Below are positions 38,527-49,089 of a DNA stretch of 64,000 nucleotides, piece by piece (position 1 is the stretch's first letter; each line of letters starts with the position of its first letter). A program made the translations under genes and the position numbers. This DNA is from an uncultured bacterium (lineage in GTDB: Bacteria; Chloroflexota; UBA5177; JANWHV01). The notes beneath the pieces were generated by a model that was given only the letters and a program-made list of their open reading frames with translations, searched no databases and had not been told where the DNA came from. The stretch lies in contig CAVSOU010000010.1 in NCBI GenBank assembly GCA_963729625.1, positions 288,001 through 352,000 on the forward strand, given 5' to 3'.

Positions 38527-38834
38527 CCGTCAATACGTCTCCTGCTATTCAATAACGGGACAGCCGGCTGTCCGCGCGGCCGCGCAGCCGGTTACACCAT
38601 ACATGCGCGCATTTGAACATGTCAAAGAACAGCATACAATGCGGCTTTGACCTTCGGTGAACGAATATGCTAGCATGCTGCAGTAAACGTCGTGGGAGAT
38701 GGCGACGCAGGTGTGGCTGTGCCCATCAGCCTGGATGTGTCGCGCTCGGTGGTCGCGGACGGGTTTAAGCCGGTGATGCCATTTCATGACGGTATGAGGT
38801 GTCCGGCTTACTAGCGTGTTGGAGAGGTCGTTCG

Positions 38835-39041
38835 ATGCCGAAGCTCAAGACGCACAAAGGGAGCGCCAAGCGTTTCCAGTACAGTGGAAGCGGCAAGGCA
38901 ATGCTTCCCAAGGCGTGGAAGAACCACAAGCGGAGCGCGCGCTCCCGCCGCTCGAGGGCATTGATGGGCCAAATGCTGATCGCGCACAAGGGCGATGCGA
39001 AGCGGATCCAGAAGTTGATCCCGTACGGGGATCCGCGCTAG
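38835..39041 (+). CDS. rpmI: 50S ribosomal protein L35
   Basis: MPKLKTHKGSAKRF. RBS GGAGAGG. Upstream of rplT. Confidence 0.95.
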   Translation: MPKLKTHKGSAKRFQYSGSGKAMLPKAWKNHKRSARSRRSRALMGQMLIAHKGDAKRIQKLIPYGDPR

Positions 39042-39068
39042 CGGCAGCGTTACAGGAGAAGAGGGGAA

Positions 39069-39416
39069 ATGCCTCGAGTTAAGCGTGGCGTGCCGGCGCA
39101 CAAGCGGCACAAGAACGTACTTGCGCTCACGAAGGGCCACTGGGGCGCCCGTCACCGGCTGTACCGCACGGCGCACGAGTCCATGCTCCACGCGTTGGCC
39201 TATGCATATCGCGATCGCCGCAATCGCAAGCGTGACTTCCGCAGGCTCTGGATTCAGCGTATCAACGCCGCGGCGCGGCTCAACGGCCTCTCTTATAGCC
39301 GGTTCATTGCAGGACTGATCAAGGCGCATGTCGCGATTGACCGGAAGATACTGGCCGAACTGGCCGTGAACGATCCTGGCGCGTTCACCGAATTGACGAA
39401 ACTTGCCCAGGCCTGA
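39069..39416 (+). CDS. rplT: 50S ribosomal protein L20
   Basis: [43 protein letters not shown]. Confidence 0.98.
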   Translation: MPRVKRGVPAHKRHKNVLALTKGHWGARHRLYRTAHESMLHALAYAYRDRRNRKRDFRRLWIQRINAAARLNGLSYSRFIAGLIKAHVAIDRKILAELAVNDPGAFTELTKLAQA

Positions 39417-40275
39417 GTGGCCCGGCGCGGGGGGCGAGCGCGAATTGGCGTCTCGCCCCTCGCAACGAGGACCGGGGCCCCGCCCCGACGCGATCACCGA
39501 CGCCGCGATCCGCAGCGCGCGTCTGCTGCGCACACCGCAGGGCCGGCGACGTCTGGGTCAGTTCCTCCTTGAGGGCGTTCGCCTGACCGAAGATGCCCTG
39601 TCTCGAGGTGTCCGGCCGGACGCAATATTCATCACACCGCATCTTCTGGACTCCACCGACCGCGGCAAGGATCTGGCTCGTACAGTGCGCCGCATCGGCG
39701 CGCCGCTGTTCGAGATTTCCGAGCGGCATCTGGGACTGGTTGCCGACACTGAGACCCCCGCCGGTATCGTGGTCGTCGCCACAACTCCGGCGCCGCCACG
39801 AAGCCTCCCAGCACCGCTATCACCCGGGCTCGGCGCCGTCATGCTCGACCAGGTGCGCGACCCCGGCAACATCGGGGGAATTCTGCGCACGTCGGCCGCC
39901 GCTGGGATCCGTCACGTCGTGTCCACCGAAGGCAGCGCGGATATCTGGGCTCCCAAGGTCGTACGGGCAGGGGCCGGCGCCCACTTTCGCCTCTCTATCT
40001 ACGCCGGCAGGCCGGTCGACGAGATTGAGGCATGGTTGGGTGAGTGGGACCAATGTGTTCTGGCGGACGGCAGAAGCAGAACCACAATCTATGAGGTTGA
40101 CTGGTCGCTCGCTACCGTGCTCGTCCTTTCCAATGAGGCCCGTGGCGCTTCCAGCTGGCTTGACGAAATGGCTGTGACGAGAGCCGCGATTCCGATGAGC
40201 GCCGAAACCGAATCGATGAACGTGGGCGCTGCCGCTGCCGTGTTCCTCTACGAAGCGCGCCGGTCTTTTCTGTAA
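39403..40275 (+). CDS. TrmH/SpoU family RNA methyltransferase (start uncertain)
   Basis: [47 protein letters not shown]. Confidence 0.9.
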   Translation: MPRPEWPGAGGERELASRPSQRGPGPRPDAITDAAIRSARLLRTPQGRRRLGQFLLEGVRLTEDALSRGVRPDAIFITPHLLDSTDRGKDLARTVRRIGAPLFEISERHLGLVADTETPAGIVVVATTPAPPRSLPAPLSPGLGAVMLDQVRDPGNIGGILRTSAAAGIRHVVSTEGSADIWAPKVVRAGAGAHFRLSIYAGRPVDEIEAWLGEWDQCVLADGRSRTTIYEVDWSLATVLVLSNEARGASSWLDEMAVTRAAIPMSAETESMNVGAAAAVFLYEARRSFL

Positions 40276-40318
40276 GCAGGCGGATCCAAGAATTGCTGAG
40301 ATGAAGGGATGAGGTCCG

Positions 40319-42837
40319 GTGTTTGAGCACTGGAAGCTTCGAGATTTCGCGCCCGGCGAGGGTCGCGCGGCAGGCGCGCACACAGAACCACTTGACATGA
40401 ATGGGTGGCTACCGGTCGACGTGCCTGGCGATGTTCACACGGCGCTCATCGCGGCCGGAAGGATCCCGCACCCGTTCCTTGATCGCAATGAGCTGGAGTG
40501 CCGCTGGATCGAGGATAGAGAATGGTGGTACCGCGTCAATTTTGATGGGCCGGCAGAGCCTCTGCATGCCGACGAGAGATTGATTCTGGTGTTCGACGGT
40601 CTTGATACGTTCGCCACCATCTGGCTTAACGGCGTCGAACTGGGCACGAGCGCGAACATGTTTCGAGAAGCACGCTTCGACGTAACGCCGGGACTGCGGA
40701 TGGGGACAACGAATACCTTGGCGCTGTGCTTTGACCGACCGCTCGACCATGCCGGCGACGTGATCGCATTGCCAGACTCCGCCTGGATGCCCCCGCGCGT
40801 GGCGATGCGCAAAGCCCAGTTTGGCTACGGTTGGGATTGGGGGCCTAGGCTTCCCACAGTGGGAATCTGGAGGCCAGTGCATCTGCGCCGGCAGCGGGGC
40901 GCCGTGATTTCGGGCGTCGACTTCTGCACATGTGCCATCGATCAGACGTCAGGCCACGCCCTGGTCTCGGTAGTGGTCGAGGCCGAGCAGTTCAACGCGG
41001 GCGGGCCCTGCAGTGCCGTCATCACGCTGGGCGCCGCAACTGGTGCCCGACCGATTGCCGAGCAGACAATCACCCTGAGCGGTGCGGGGACCTCACTGCA
41101 CGGAACCGCCTACATGCGCGTGGAGAGCCCACGACTGTGGTGGACGCACGATCTCGGAGATCCAGCCCTGTATTGCCTCGAAGTGTGCTTGATGTGCCAG
41201 GAAGCTACCCTCGATCGTGTTGTCCGACAGGTGGGCATCCGCACGCTGACCCTGGATCAGTCACCGGACCAGGAGGAGCCCGGTACGCGGTTCTTCCGTT
41301 TTGTGCTCAACGGTGTGTCCATCTTCGCACGCGGCACGAACTGGATCCCAGCGGACTCCTTCGTGGGGGCGATCGGCCCGGACCGCTACAGGCGGCTGCT
41401 CACGCTTGCGCGGGACGGGAACAACACCATGCTCCGCGTGTGGGGCGGCGGCATCTACGAGCACGATGCCTTCTACGACGAGTGCGACCGTCTCGGCATG
41501 CTGGTGTGGCAGGACTTCATGTTTGCGTGCGCTGCCTATCCGGAAGACGACGCCATGGCGCACGAGGTCGATGCCGAGGCCCGCTACCAGATCCGACGTC
41601 TGCGCACGCATCCCTCGCTAGCGCTGTGGTGCGGCAACAATGAGAATCAGTGGATCCACGGCATGCGGCACTGGCAACAGCCGGACCTGCCGACGCCCGG
41701 AGACCTCTACTACGGCACGGTGCTCCCGAGAGCAGTGGCTGAGCTCGACGGGCATACTGCGTACTGGCCGGGCAGCCCATTCGGCGGAAGCGACCACAAC
41801 AGCATGGATGACGGTGACCGCCACAACTGGGATGTCTGGCACGGTCAGCGACCGCGGCGATTCGGGGAGCAGCCGCCAGGCGATCACACGCCGGAGGGAG
41901 TGAGCTATCTCAACTACGCCTGGGATATGGGCCGCTTCATCAGCGAGTTTGGCATGCACGCCGCGCCGGTCTACGAGACCTTGCGCCGGAATATCCCCGC
42001 CGATCAGCTCTTCCACCACAGCCCAGCCATGGACCACCACAACAAGGACAACCCCAAGGACAAGGGTGACAACCTGATGATGGCTACAACCGGCCTGCCA
42101 CGCGACCTGGGGGAGTACATCGACTTCAGCATGATGGCCCAGGCCGAGGGACTGAAATTCGGGGTCGAGCACTATCGGCGGAGGTTCCCGCACTGTGCCG
42201 GCAGCCTGGTCTGGCAGCTCAACGATTGCTGGCCTGTCCTCAGCTGGTCGGTCGTCGATTACTACGGATTCGGAAAGGCCGGCTACTACTACCTCAAGCG
42301 GGCATACGCTCCGATCATCGCCACTTTCAAGGTGTTGGACGACGGAGGCGTCCAATTGTGGATCACGAATAACAGCCTGTCGCCTGCCGAAGACACGATC
42401 GCTGTCCGGCATGGCGCGTTTGCCGGTGAGACCGACTGGGAGCGAAGCCTGACAATAGCTGTGCCCTCAGCCGCCAGCCGCGTCGTACAGCAGTGGCATG
42501 CCGGTGAGCTTCATGGCGTCGCCCGATCGGTATATGGCCGTATTCTCGCGCTCGGACCTATTTCCGAGTAACCGGATCCTCTTCGCCGCGCTCAAAGACC
42601 TGGACCGGCCGGCCGGCGCCGTAGAGGTGGTGACGACGGCGATAAGTTCCCATACAGTGCAGGTTCGTCTAGCGGCCGCCAGCTACGCACACTTCGTGCA
42701 CCTCATCCTGCCGATCGAGACGGTGACGTTCAGCGACAACTACTTTGATCTTCGTCCCGGCGAGGATGCGTACGGTAACCCTCCAGGACGAGACACACAG
42801 CATCGACCCGGCAATGCTCAGCGTACGCTGGCGGTAA
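40319..42837 (+). pseudogene. Beta-mannosidase (GH2) with two apparent +1 frameshifts near the 3' end
   Basis: FDGLDTFA, RKAQFGYGWDWGP, RVWGGGIYE, WCGNNE, FISEFG, WQLNDCWP. The C-terminus continues in a shifted frame (..FSDNYFDLRPGE) and then shifts again (MRTVTLQDETHSIDPAMLSVRWR*). Confidence 0.85.
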
Positions 42838-42882
42838 GAGCAGACTGCTCCGATTTGCCCGCACCTGAATCGCTGTTTACCT

Positions 42883-43995
42883 CTACAGCGCAGTGAAATC
42901 CGGTAGGTAGACCCTCTCGCCGTCCCGCATCGCCGACTCGTGCGCGCAGATGCCCGTACAGGTCCAATTGGCGGCGGTCACGGCATCAACCCGGGGTTGG
43001 CGGTCCTCGACAATAGCCATCACAAACTCATGCGCCAGGTGTGGATGCGAGCCGCCGTGGCCGCTGCCCTGCTTGAACGAGAGGTGAGTTTCCGCGCCTT
43101 CGTAGAGGCTGTGTGTGGTATATTGCCGAATTCCCTCGGGCAGCCGGTCTGCATAGTCCGGTACGTCGATCGGTTCCGCTTCCTCGTCGCGGAACAGTAT
43201 AGGTCTCCCGTTCGCCGATCGCTGCCACTCAAACGACAACCGACTGCCGTAGACGTCGAAGCTCTCGATATACTGCCGCGCAGTCTCGAACAGCGACCGC
43301 GTGACCTCGGCGGCGAGCCTGTGGTCCTTCAGGCGAATCAGGACGCTCTCTACCGCAAATGGTGACCCGTACTTGATTGCGAGATCATCTCTGATGCGAC
43401 CGGAGCCCAGGCATACGACGCTTTCCGCTGACGCACCTGCCAGCGACAGCAACGGAGCGACCGCGTGTGTCGCGTAGTGCATCGGTGGGAAGCCTTCCCA
43501 ATAGCCCGGCCAGGCTGCCATCTCTTGCATGTGCGACCCGCGCAGGAACTGAATGGCACCAAGGTCACCGCACTCAGCGAGTTCCTTGACGTACAGAAAC
43601 TCCCGCGTATAGACGGAGGTCTCCATCATCATGTACTTCTTCCCTGAGCCCCGCTGCGCGGATACAATCGCGCGGCAAGCTTCGGCTGTGAGACCCATAG
43701 GAACCGTGCAAGCAGTATGTTTGCCGGCGCGAAGGGACATGACCGACTGTTCGGCGTGCATGGCGACAGGCGTATTGATGTGTACGGCGTCAATTGTCGG
43801 GTCCCCGACCATCTGCCGGAAATCGGTGTAGCGCGTGGTGACGCCGAACTTCTCGCCGCACCGGTCGAGTGCGACGCGATCTCTCTGGCAGATCGCCGCC
43901 ACTTCAGCATACGGGTGATGCTGGTAAATAGGGATAAACTCCGCTCCGAATCCAAGTCCGACCAGCCCGACACGGACCTTTTGCGGTTGTTTCAT
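42883..43995 (-). CDS. Gfo/Idh/MocA family oxidoreductase
   Basis: VGLVGLGFG, DAVHINTP, AGKHTACTVPM, PPMHYATH, GHGGSHPHL. Confidence 0.9.
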   Translation of the reverse strand: MKQPQKVRVGLVGLGFGAEFIPIYQHHPYAEVAAICQRDRVALDRCGEKFGVTTRYTDFRQMVGDPTIDAVHINTPVAMHAEQSVMSLRAGKHTACTVPMGLTAEACRAIVSAQRGSGKKYMMMETSVYTREFLYVKELAECGDLGAIQFLRGSHMQEMAAWPGYWEGFPPMHYATHAVAPLLSLAGASAESVVCLGSGRIRDDLAIKYGSPFAVESVLIRLKDHRLAAEVTRSLFETARQYIESFDVYGSRLSFEWQRSANGRPILFRDEEAEPIDVPDYADRLPEGIRQYTTHSLYEGAETHLSFKQGSGHGGSHPHLAHEFVMAIVEDRQPRVDAVTAANWTCTGICAHESAMRDGERVYLPDFTAL

Positions 43996-44118
43996 GCTCG
44001 TACGACCTCCGTCCTCTACTGCCGTTCACTGGACAACAGCTGCTGTCACAGATGCGCGCCGTCTCGCGAAGTGACAGCCTTCACCCGCACGATCGGCATC
44101 TCCACGGTCCTGTCCAAG

Positions 44119-45033
44119 CTAGTCGACGGTTGCGATCACCGACTTCAGAAAAGGAATCGCCGCGCGGGCATCCGGTTCGGTGGTCGGGCAAAAACAGAAA
44201 TCGACGCACCACCAGTCCAAAGGTTCCAGGATTGCTTTCATGGCCGTCAGCACGGAATGGAAGTCAATACGTCCCTGCCCGAATGGAGTATGGGTGCTGG
44301 TTTCGTCATTGTGCAACGAGCCGTCGGAATCGATCAGGTGGAAATGCCCAATGTATCTTGCCAGCATTCGTGCGTATTCCGCGACGCCCCCGCTGAGCGT
44401 TTCTACCTGGCCCGACTGTCGCGCGCCGGCCACGGCTCCCATGTACGCGTGACTCGTATCAAACAGCAGCTTGAAGCTGGGATGGTCGACTGCCTCGACC
44501 ACACGTTTCACCTCGCTGGGCTTGTTCAGCCAGAAGCCTGGCTCAAATTCCCAAACCAGCAGCACGTCCGATTGCTTGCAAAGCTCGGCCGCGGCACGCC
44601 AAACTACCACGAGACGGTCGAGGCGCTTCCCGTAAGTGTTCTCGTCAAGCGCGGCGGGTGCGCTAACGGTGTCCACCCGCAAGATATGGATGTCCATGTT
44701 GTTGCAGAAGGCAATGCTCTTTTCCAACTCATTCAGGTAGTCGCCTCTTTCCGCAAGAGCCGGGGGCACGGCACGGAAATCGGGCGCATAGCCGGAGATG
44801 CCCAGTCCGAGGTCAGTAATCTCCCGTCGTAGCTGGTCGCATTTGGCCGGCGTGTCGTAAACGTCAGGGTGCGGATGCGGGTCGAAGCCGTTGATCTCGA
44901 CACCATCGTAGCCTGCATCCGCCGCATACCGGACAAACCGCGAAAAGGACCAGGGATGCTCCTCGAATGGACCGAAAGAAAAGGCCCAGCTACCAAGAGA
45001 GATTTTGGGAATCCTCATCGGTTGCTCCTTCAT
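44119..45033 (-). CDS. Sugar phosphate isomerase/epimerase (xylose-isomerase-like TIM barrel)
   Basis: GYDGVEI, WEFEPGFWLN, LFDTSH, HFHLIDSDG, HTPFGQGRID. Confidence 0.87.
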   Translation of the reverse strand: MKEQPMRIPKISLGSWAFSFGPFEEHPWSFSRFVRYAADAGYDGVEINGFDPHPHPDVYDTPAKCDQLRREITDLGLGISGYAPDFRAVPPALAERGDYLNELEKSIAFCNNMDIHILRVDTVSAPAALDENTYGKRLDRLVVVWRAAAELCKQSDVLLVWEFEPGFWLNKPSEVKRVVEAVDHPSFKLLFDTSHAYMGAVAGARQSGQVETLSGGVAEYARMLARYIGHFHLIDSDGSLHNDETSTHTPFGQGRIDFHSVLTAMKAILEPLDWWCVDFCFCPTTEPDARAAIPFLKSVIATVD

Positions 45034-45043
45034 CGCCGGAGGA

Positions 45044-45892
45044 TTATTGCGTCAATTGCCTCAGAAATGCGAGCCCAGCGCGAGCAAGTTCGTCCTGCGA
45101 TGGCGCGAATGTCCGCCAGACGGCCGCTGCGCGCGCAATCGTCTCAATCTGGCTTGTGAACGACTCGATGACCAGCGGTCCATGATAGTCGATCTGCCGA
45201 AGCGCCTGCACGACCTCTACCCAGTTGATGTGTCCCGTTCCCGGTGCTCCCCGATCGTTCTCGCACGCATGCACGTGTGCCAGGCGGGGCCCCGCCATGA
45301 GGATCGCGCTGCCCAACGATCGTTCTTCGATGTTCATATGGAAGGTGTCGAGCAGGATCCTGCAGGCTGGACTGTCCACGCGGTCGACAATCTCAACCGC
45401 CTGCGATGTCAGATTGACAAAACTGGTCTCGAACCGGTTCAGGGGCTCCAGGCAGATTACGGCGCCTTTATCGCGCGCATAGGCTGAGAGTTTGGTAAGC
45501 TGACCGGTGAGCAGGGCCATGTCCCTCGCGCGTTCATCGGTCGTTTGCTGCCATAGGCGACCGACTGCCGAGTACAATGGTCCCACCACGTTCCTACCGC
45601 CCAGCGTGCGCACTGCATCGATACAGTGTCGAACGTAGGCCATGCAGTTGTCACGAATTGCTTTGTCCTCGTGGATCAGGTCGCGATCCGCTCCTATCGC
45701 CATGCAGACGCTGCAATCCAGGCCATATTCACGAATAACTGCCGCCGCACGCGCGTAGTCAAGATCCTCAAGGCCATCGATCGGCACTTCGATCAAGTCA
45801 TAGCCCATCCGTGCGACATTAGGCACAAGGGCCACAAAACCGTCCGTTGTGACCGGGGCAATCCATACCCAGGCGCTGATGCCAATCTTCAT
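45044..45892 (-). CDS. D-psicose/D-tagatose 3-epimerase family protein
   Basis: GPLYSAVG, LEPLNRFE, LDTFHMNIEE, HVHACENDRGAPGTGH, IESF. RBS GGGAGG. Confidence 0.9.
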   Translation of the reverse strand: MKIGISAWVWIAPVTTDGFVALVPNVARMGYDLIEVPIDGLEDLDYARAAAVIREYGLDCSVCMAIGADRDLIHEDKAIRDNCMAYVRHCIDAVRTLGGRNVVGPLYSAVGRLWQQTTDERARDMALLTGQLTKLSAYARDKGAVICLEPLNRFETSFVNLTSQAVEIVDRVDSPACRILLDTFHMNIEERSLGSAILMAGPRLAHVHACENDRGAPGTGHINWVEVVQALRQIDYHGPLVIESFTSQIETIARAAAVWRTFAPSQDELARAGLAFLRQLTQ

Positions 45893-46293
45893 GCGAACCT
45901 CCCGACTCGGCGAATCACTCCGCCGGCCTGACAAATGAGACGGCAACATCGTAGGCCTTGCCCAGCGGAGAGTACACAGTCTTGTCTCGCGTCTCGACGG
46001 TCATGTGCCTCTGGCCCAGGGCTGCAATATCACCGTAGCGCACGCCCCGGTCACCTGTGTCATGGCATCGTGGACCTGGTCGACGGGGACGGTCGCACAC
46101 TGTGTTCGATTGTAGCCCGGACGGCGAGGCGCCGATAAGTGTTCATCTATTCGCCAGGCACTCGGGTCGACCTGCACGCTATCGGCAGTCACCAGGAGCG
46201 CTATTCGCACAGGTGCGCGGATCTTCCTCCCGGAAAGGCTACTGCGGTTCTTCACCTCGTGTGCAACACTGTAAGGGTTCGGAAGGAAGGAGC

Positions 46294-47346
46294 ATGCTTC
46301 GCCAGATTGACATCGCCCCTCAGCACATCTCCATTGCCGCGCCGTTGCCCCTGGTCTTTGACCTTCTTGCCCAGGCAGCAGCAGGATGGCTGGTCGAATT
46401 GCGGGGCGGACCACTTGACGACGTCCGTGCCCCGCGTGAGACAGGCGCAATTTCCGCGCGTGTCGCGGCTCGGGATCAACTGACACCGATCAGACGGATT
46501 GAGCTCCACCCCCCCAGGCGCCAAGTTGCGCTTCACGTGGGAGGACCCTACAGCGGTGCGCGTGAAGTCGCGCTGTTGCAATCGCAGGGGCCAAGCACTG
46601 GCGTTGTCCTGTACGCGCGGTTGCCTACGGAGCGCGAGAGCGCGGACCAGTTTCTCAAGCGAGCCTTTGAACAATCGGCACGGGAACACCTCAAAGCGAT
46701 AAAGGCTGCCGCGGAAGCACAGGCTCGCGAGTTCCAGCTGGAAGATGAGGCCGGACGACCCTCGATGCACGGGTTGAGCGCCCTGACCGAACTGCAGCTC
46801 CTCCAGGCCGTCGGCGAGCAGGAGGAGGAGGAATACGGGCATCGCGGTCACGGGCGCGGAGTGGAGCGCGTGGCCAGCAGCCTTGCCGAGATCATCGAGT
46901 TGTCTCCCGGCGACTTGGAGGCGCTGCAGCGCGCTGCGCTGCTGCACGACGTGGGGAAAGTCGGGCTTCCACGTGCCCTCTGGGGGGCGCCCCGGACGCT
47001 GAGCGCGGATGAGCGCCGCAAGATGGCCGGGCATGTGCAGGTCGGCGCCGAGCTTGCCGCGCAGGCGGCTCTTCCCGACTTTGTAGCAACAACAATTCTT
47101 CATCACCACGAATGTTGGGACGGAACAGGGTACCCGGGCCGGCTGGTGGGTAAGGCAATCCCGCTGCACGCCAGGATTCTCGCAATCGCGGAGAGTGTCG
47201 ACACGATGCTGCGTGTCACCTATCGGCGCGCTGCGCTCCAGACAGCGGATGCAGTTGCGAGGCTTGAGGCCGATGCTGGCCATCGCTGGGATCCGTCGCT
47301 CGTTCGAGCGGTAAGCAGTATCCTGCGGGGCAAGCGCCCAGACTGA
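46294..47346 (+). CDS. HD-GYP domain protein with N-terminal SRPBCC/START-like domain
   Basis: LLHDVGK, HHHECWDGTGYP, IPLHARILAIA. N-terminus ISIAAPLPLVFDLL...EHLKAIKAAAE. RBS AAGGAAGGAG. Confidence 0.85.
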   Translation: MLRQIDIAPQHISIAAPLPLVFDLLAQAAAGWLVELRGGPLDDVRAPRETGAISARVAARDQLTPIRRIELHPPRRQVALHVGGPYSGAREVALLQSQGPSTGVVLYARLPTERESADQFLKRAFEQSAREHLKAIKAAAEAQAREFQLEDEAGRPSMHGLSALTELQLLQAVGEQEEEEYGHRGHGRGVERVASSLAEIIELSPGDLEALQRAALLHDVGKVGLPRALWGAPRTLSADERRKMAGHVQVGAELAAQAALPDFVATTILHHHECWDGTGYPGRLVGKAIPLHARILAIAESVDTMLRVTYRRAALQTADAVARLEADAGHRWDPSLVRAVSSILRGKRPD

Positions 47347-47562
47347 ACGGCGGCCGACAATCCATAGCCTCGCTTGTCAGCCTCCGACGACGGGCCTCCC
47401 GCTCTATGTGCGTTCTTCATTTCCCACTTCAAGGTGGGCCCGCCCCTCGCTTGCTGTCTCTTTCTTTGCGCTGGGTCTTGACACCGAGCCGCGGTTGGCT
47501 CAAACTCATAAGCGAAGATTGAATAAACCGATCTTTATTGGTTTGGCGGGGCAGAGGGTTCT

Positions 47563-47916
47563 ATGCGAGACTTGCGTGAACTTCGCGGATACTTTCGAGC
47601 ACTTGCCGACGTGCGCCGGCTGCGCATAGTCGGCGAGCTTTCGCACACACCCGAGATTACGGTCAAGGACCTTTGTGGCAGGCTGCGCGCGAGCCAACCG
47701 CTCATCTCGTGGCACCTGCGCGTGCTCGTGCGCTGCGGACTGGTGCGAACGCGACGCCAGGGTCGTCAAGTGTTCTGTGCCCTGAACCGGCCGGCATTCC
47801 ACGCTTACGAAGAACGTCTGGCTCGCGTGCTTGACGACGTCTCGATGGATGATGTTTCGCCCATGCGCGATGATTCTTCAGTCATGCTGCCGCAACATCC
47901 TCCGCTGGGCGCGTGA
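47563..47916 (+). CDS. ArsR/SmtB family transcriptional regulator
   Basis: FRALADVRRLRIV, SQPLISWHLRVL..GLV..RRQGRQV. TTGACA at 47478 upstream. Confidence 0.9.
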   Translation: MRDLRELRGYFRALADVRRLRIVGELSHTPEITVKDLCGRLRASQPLISWHLRVLVRCGLVRTRRQGRQVFCALNRPAFHAYEERLARVLDDVSMDDVSPMRDDSSVMLPQHPPLGA

Positions 47917-48002
47917 GTAGAGCAGGAGAGATATCCGTGACCATTCAACTGACGACACAGCGTCCGACTCACGCTGGGTCGACCGTCATGGGTGGCTGAC
48001 AT

Positions 48003-49052
48003 ATGCTTACCTATCGTATCTTTGTTTTTCTACGCCTCCTGGCTCGAAGGCTCCCGCGTCCGGTGCTTGGACGTGCCGGCGCATTCGTGAGCTATCTGGT
48101 CTTCCAGGCCATGCCAGAGAAGCGCGCGAACGTCGAGCGCAATCTCATGGTCGTGCTCAGTGGGTCAATTGCAAGCCCTGCGCCCGAGGTGAGGCGAAGA
48201 GTGAGACAGCTCGCCCGCAAATCAATGGCAAGCTACGGCCGGGTGCTGGCCGACTTCATGGCGTTCGAGCCGCTGCTTCCCGGCGCGGCGCGCGACACGG
48301 AGTTGACTCCTGGCTTCGACCAAGTCGAGAGCCTGATCGCAAGCGGGCGCGGCGCGGTATTCGCCACGCCACATTTTGGCCATTGGGACATGGCTGGGGC
48401 CGTGCTTGCTCGCAGATTTCCAGGGAAGATTGCGGCAATCGCTGAGCGCTTTGAGAATCCCCAGATAGACGACATGGTCGTACGACAGCGAGAGGGCTGC
48501 GGCCTCGAGATCGTTCGTATGGAAAACGTCAGACAGATGACGCGCGTGCTGCGCGAGGGCCGAGTGCTAGGAATCCTGGCCGACCGCCCTGTAGCTGGGG
48601 ACGAGGGCGTGCAGGTGCGTTTCTTTGGCAAAGAGACCAGGCTGCCCGCAGGGGTGGCGACTCTCGCCCTGCTGGCGCGCTGCCCAATAATGGTGGGATC
48701 GCTGCATCGCCGCGCCGACGGTCACTTCGAAGGGTTTGTGCTGCCGCCGATCGAACCTGTGCGAACAGGCGATCGGGCTCATGACGTTTCTTCAACAATG
48801 CAACTGGTCGCCGAGCAGCTCGAGACAGTAATACGGCGTTGTCCGCATCAGTGGTACATGTTCCGGAACATGTGGCCTGAGGCCCTCAACCGAATACACT
48901 CTCGATCCGTGGTTCGTGAATGGCGCGTAGCCTGGGTCCCTGCGGTGCTCGGTTCAATTGCTCTTGCCAACGCGATTCGCGTTCGCCGTCCGAGCGCAGG
49001 GGAAACGCCAGAGCCTCGACTCGGTTTCGCGATGCAGGAGACAGCGCCATGA
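48003..49052 (+). CDS. LpxL/PatA-family (phosphatidylinositol mannoside-type) acyltransferase, copy 1
   Basis: HFGHWD (HX4D), GILADR, VRFFGKETRLPAG, PHQWYMF. Confidence 0.85.
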   Translation: MLTYRIFVFLRLLARRLPRPVLGRAGAFVSYLVFQAMPEKRANVERNLMVVLSGSIASPAPEVRRRVRQLARKSMASYGRVLADFMAFEPLLPGAARDTELTPGFDQVESLIASGRGAVFATPHFGHWDMAGAVLARRFPGKIAAIAERFENPQIDDMVVRQREGCGLEIVRMENVRQMTRVLREGRVLGILADRPVAGDEGVQVRFFGKETRLPAGVATLALLARCPIMVGSLHRRADGHFEGFVLPPIEPVRTGDRAHDVSSTMQLVAEQLETVIRRCPHQWYMFRNMWPEALNRIHSRSVVREWRVAWVPAVLGSIALANAIRVRRPSAGETPEPRLGFAMQETAP

Positions 49053-49089
49053 AGCCCGATTGGTTCAGCGCGTGCGGAGTCGTACGGTA

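Noticed and set aside
46190-46290. Hairpin upstream of the HD-GYP gene as a c-di-GMP riboswitch
   Set aside because: It lacks the GGCAAAC/GACGCAAAGC class I signature and class II features.
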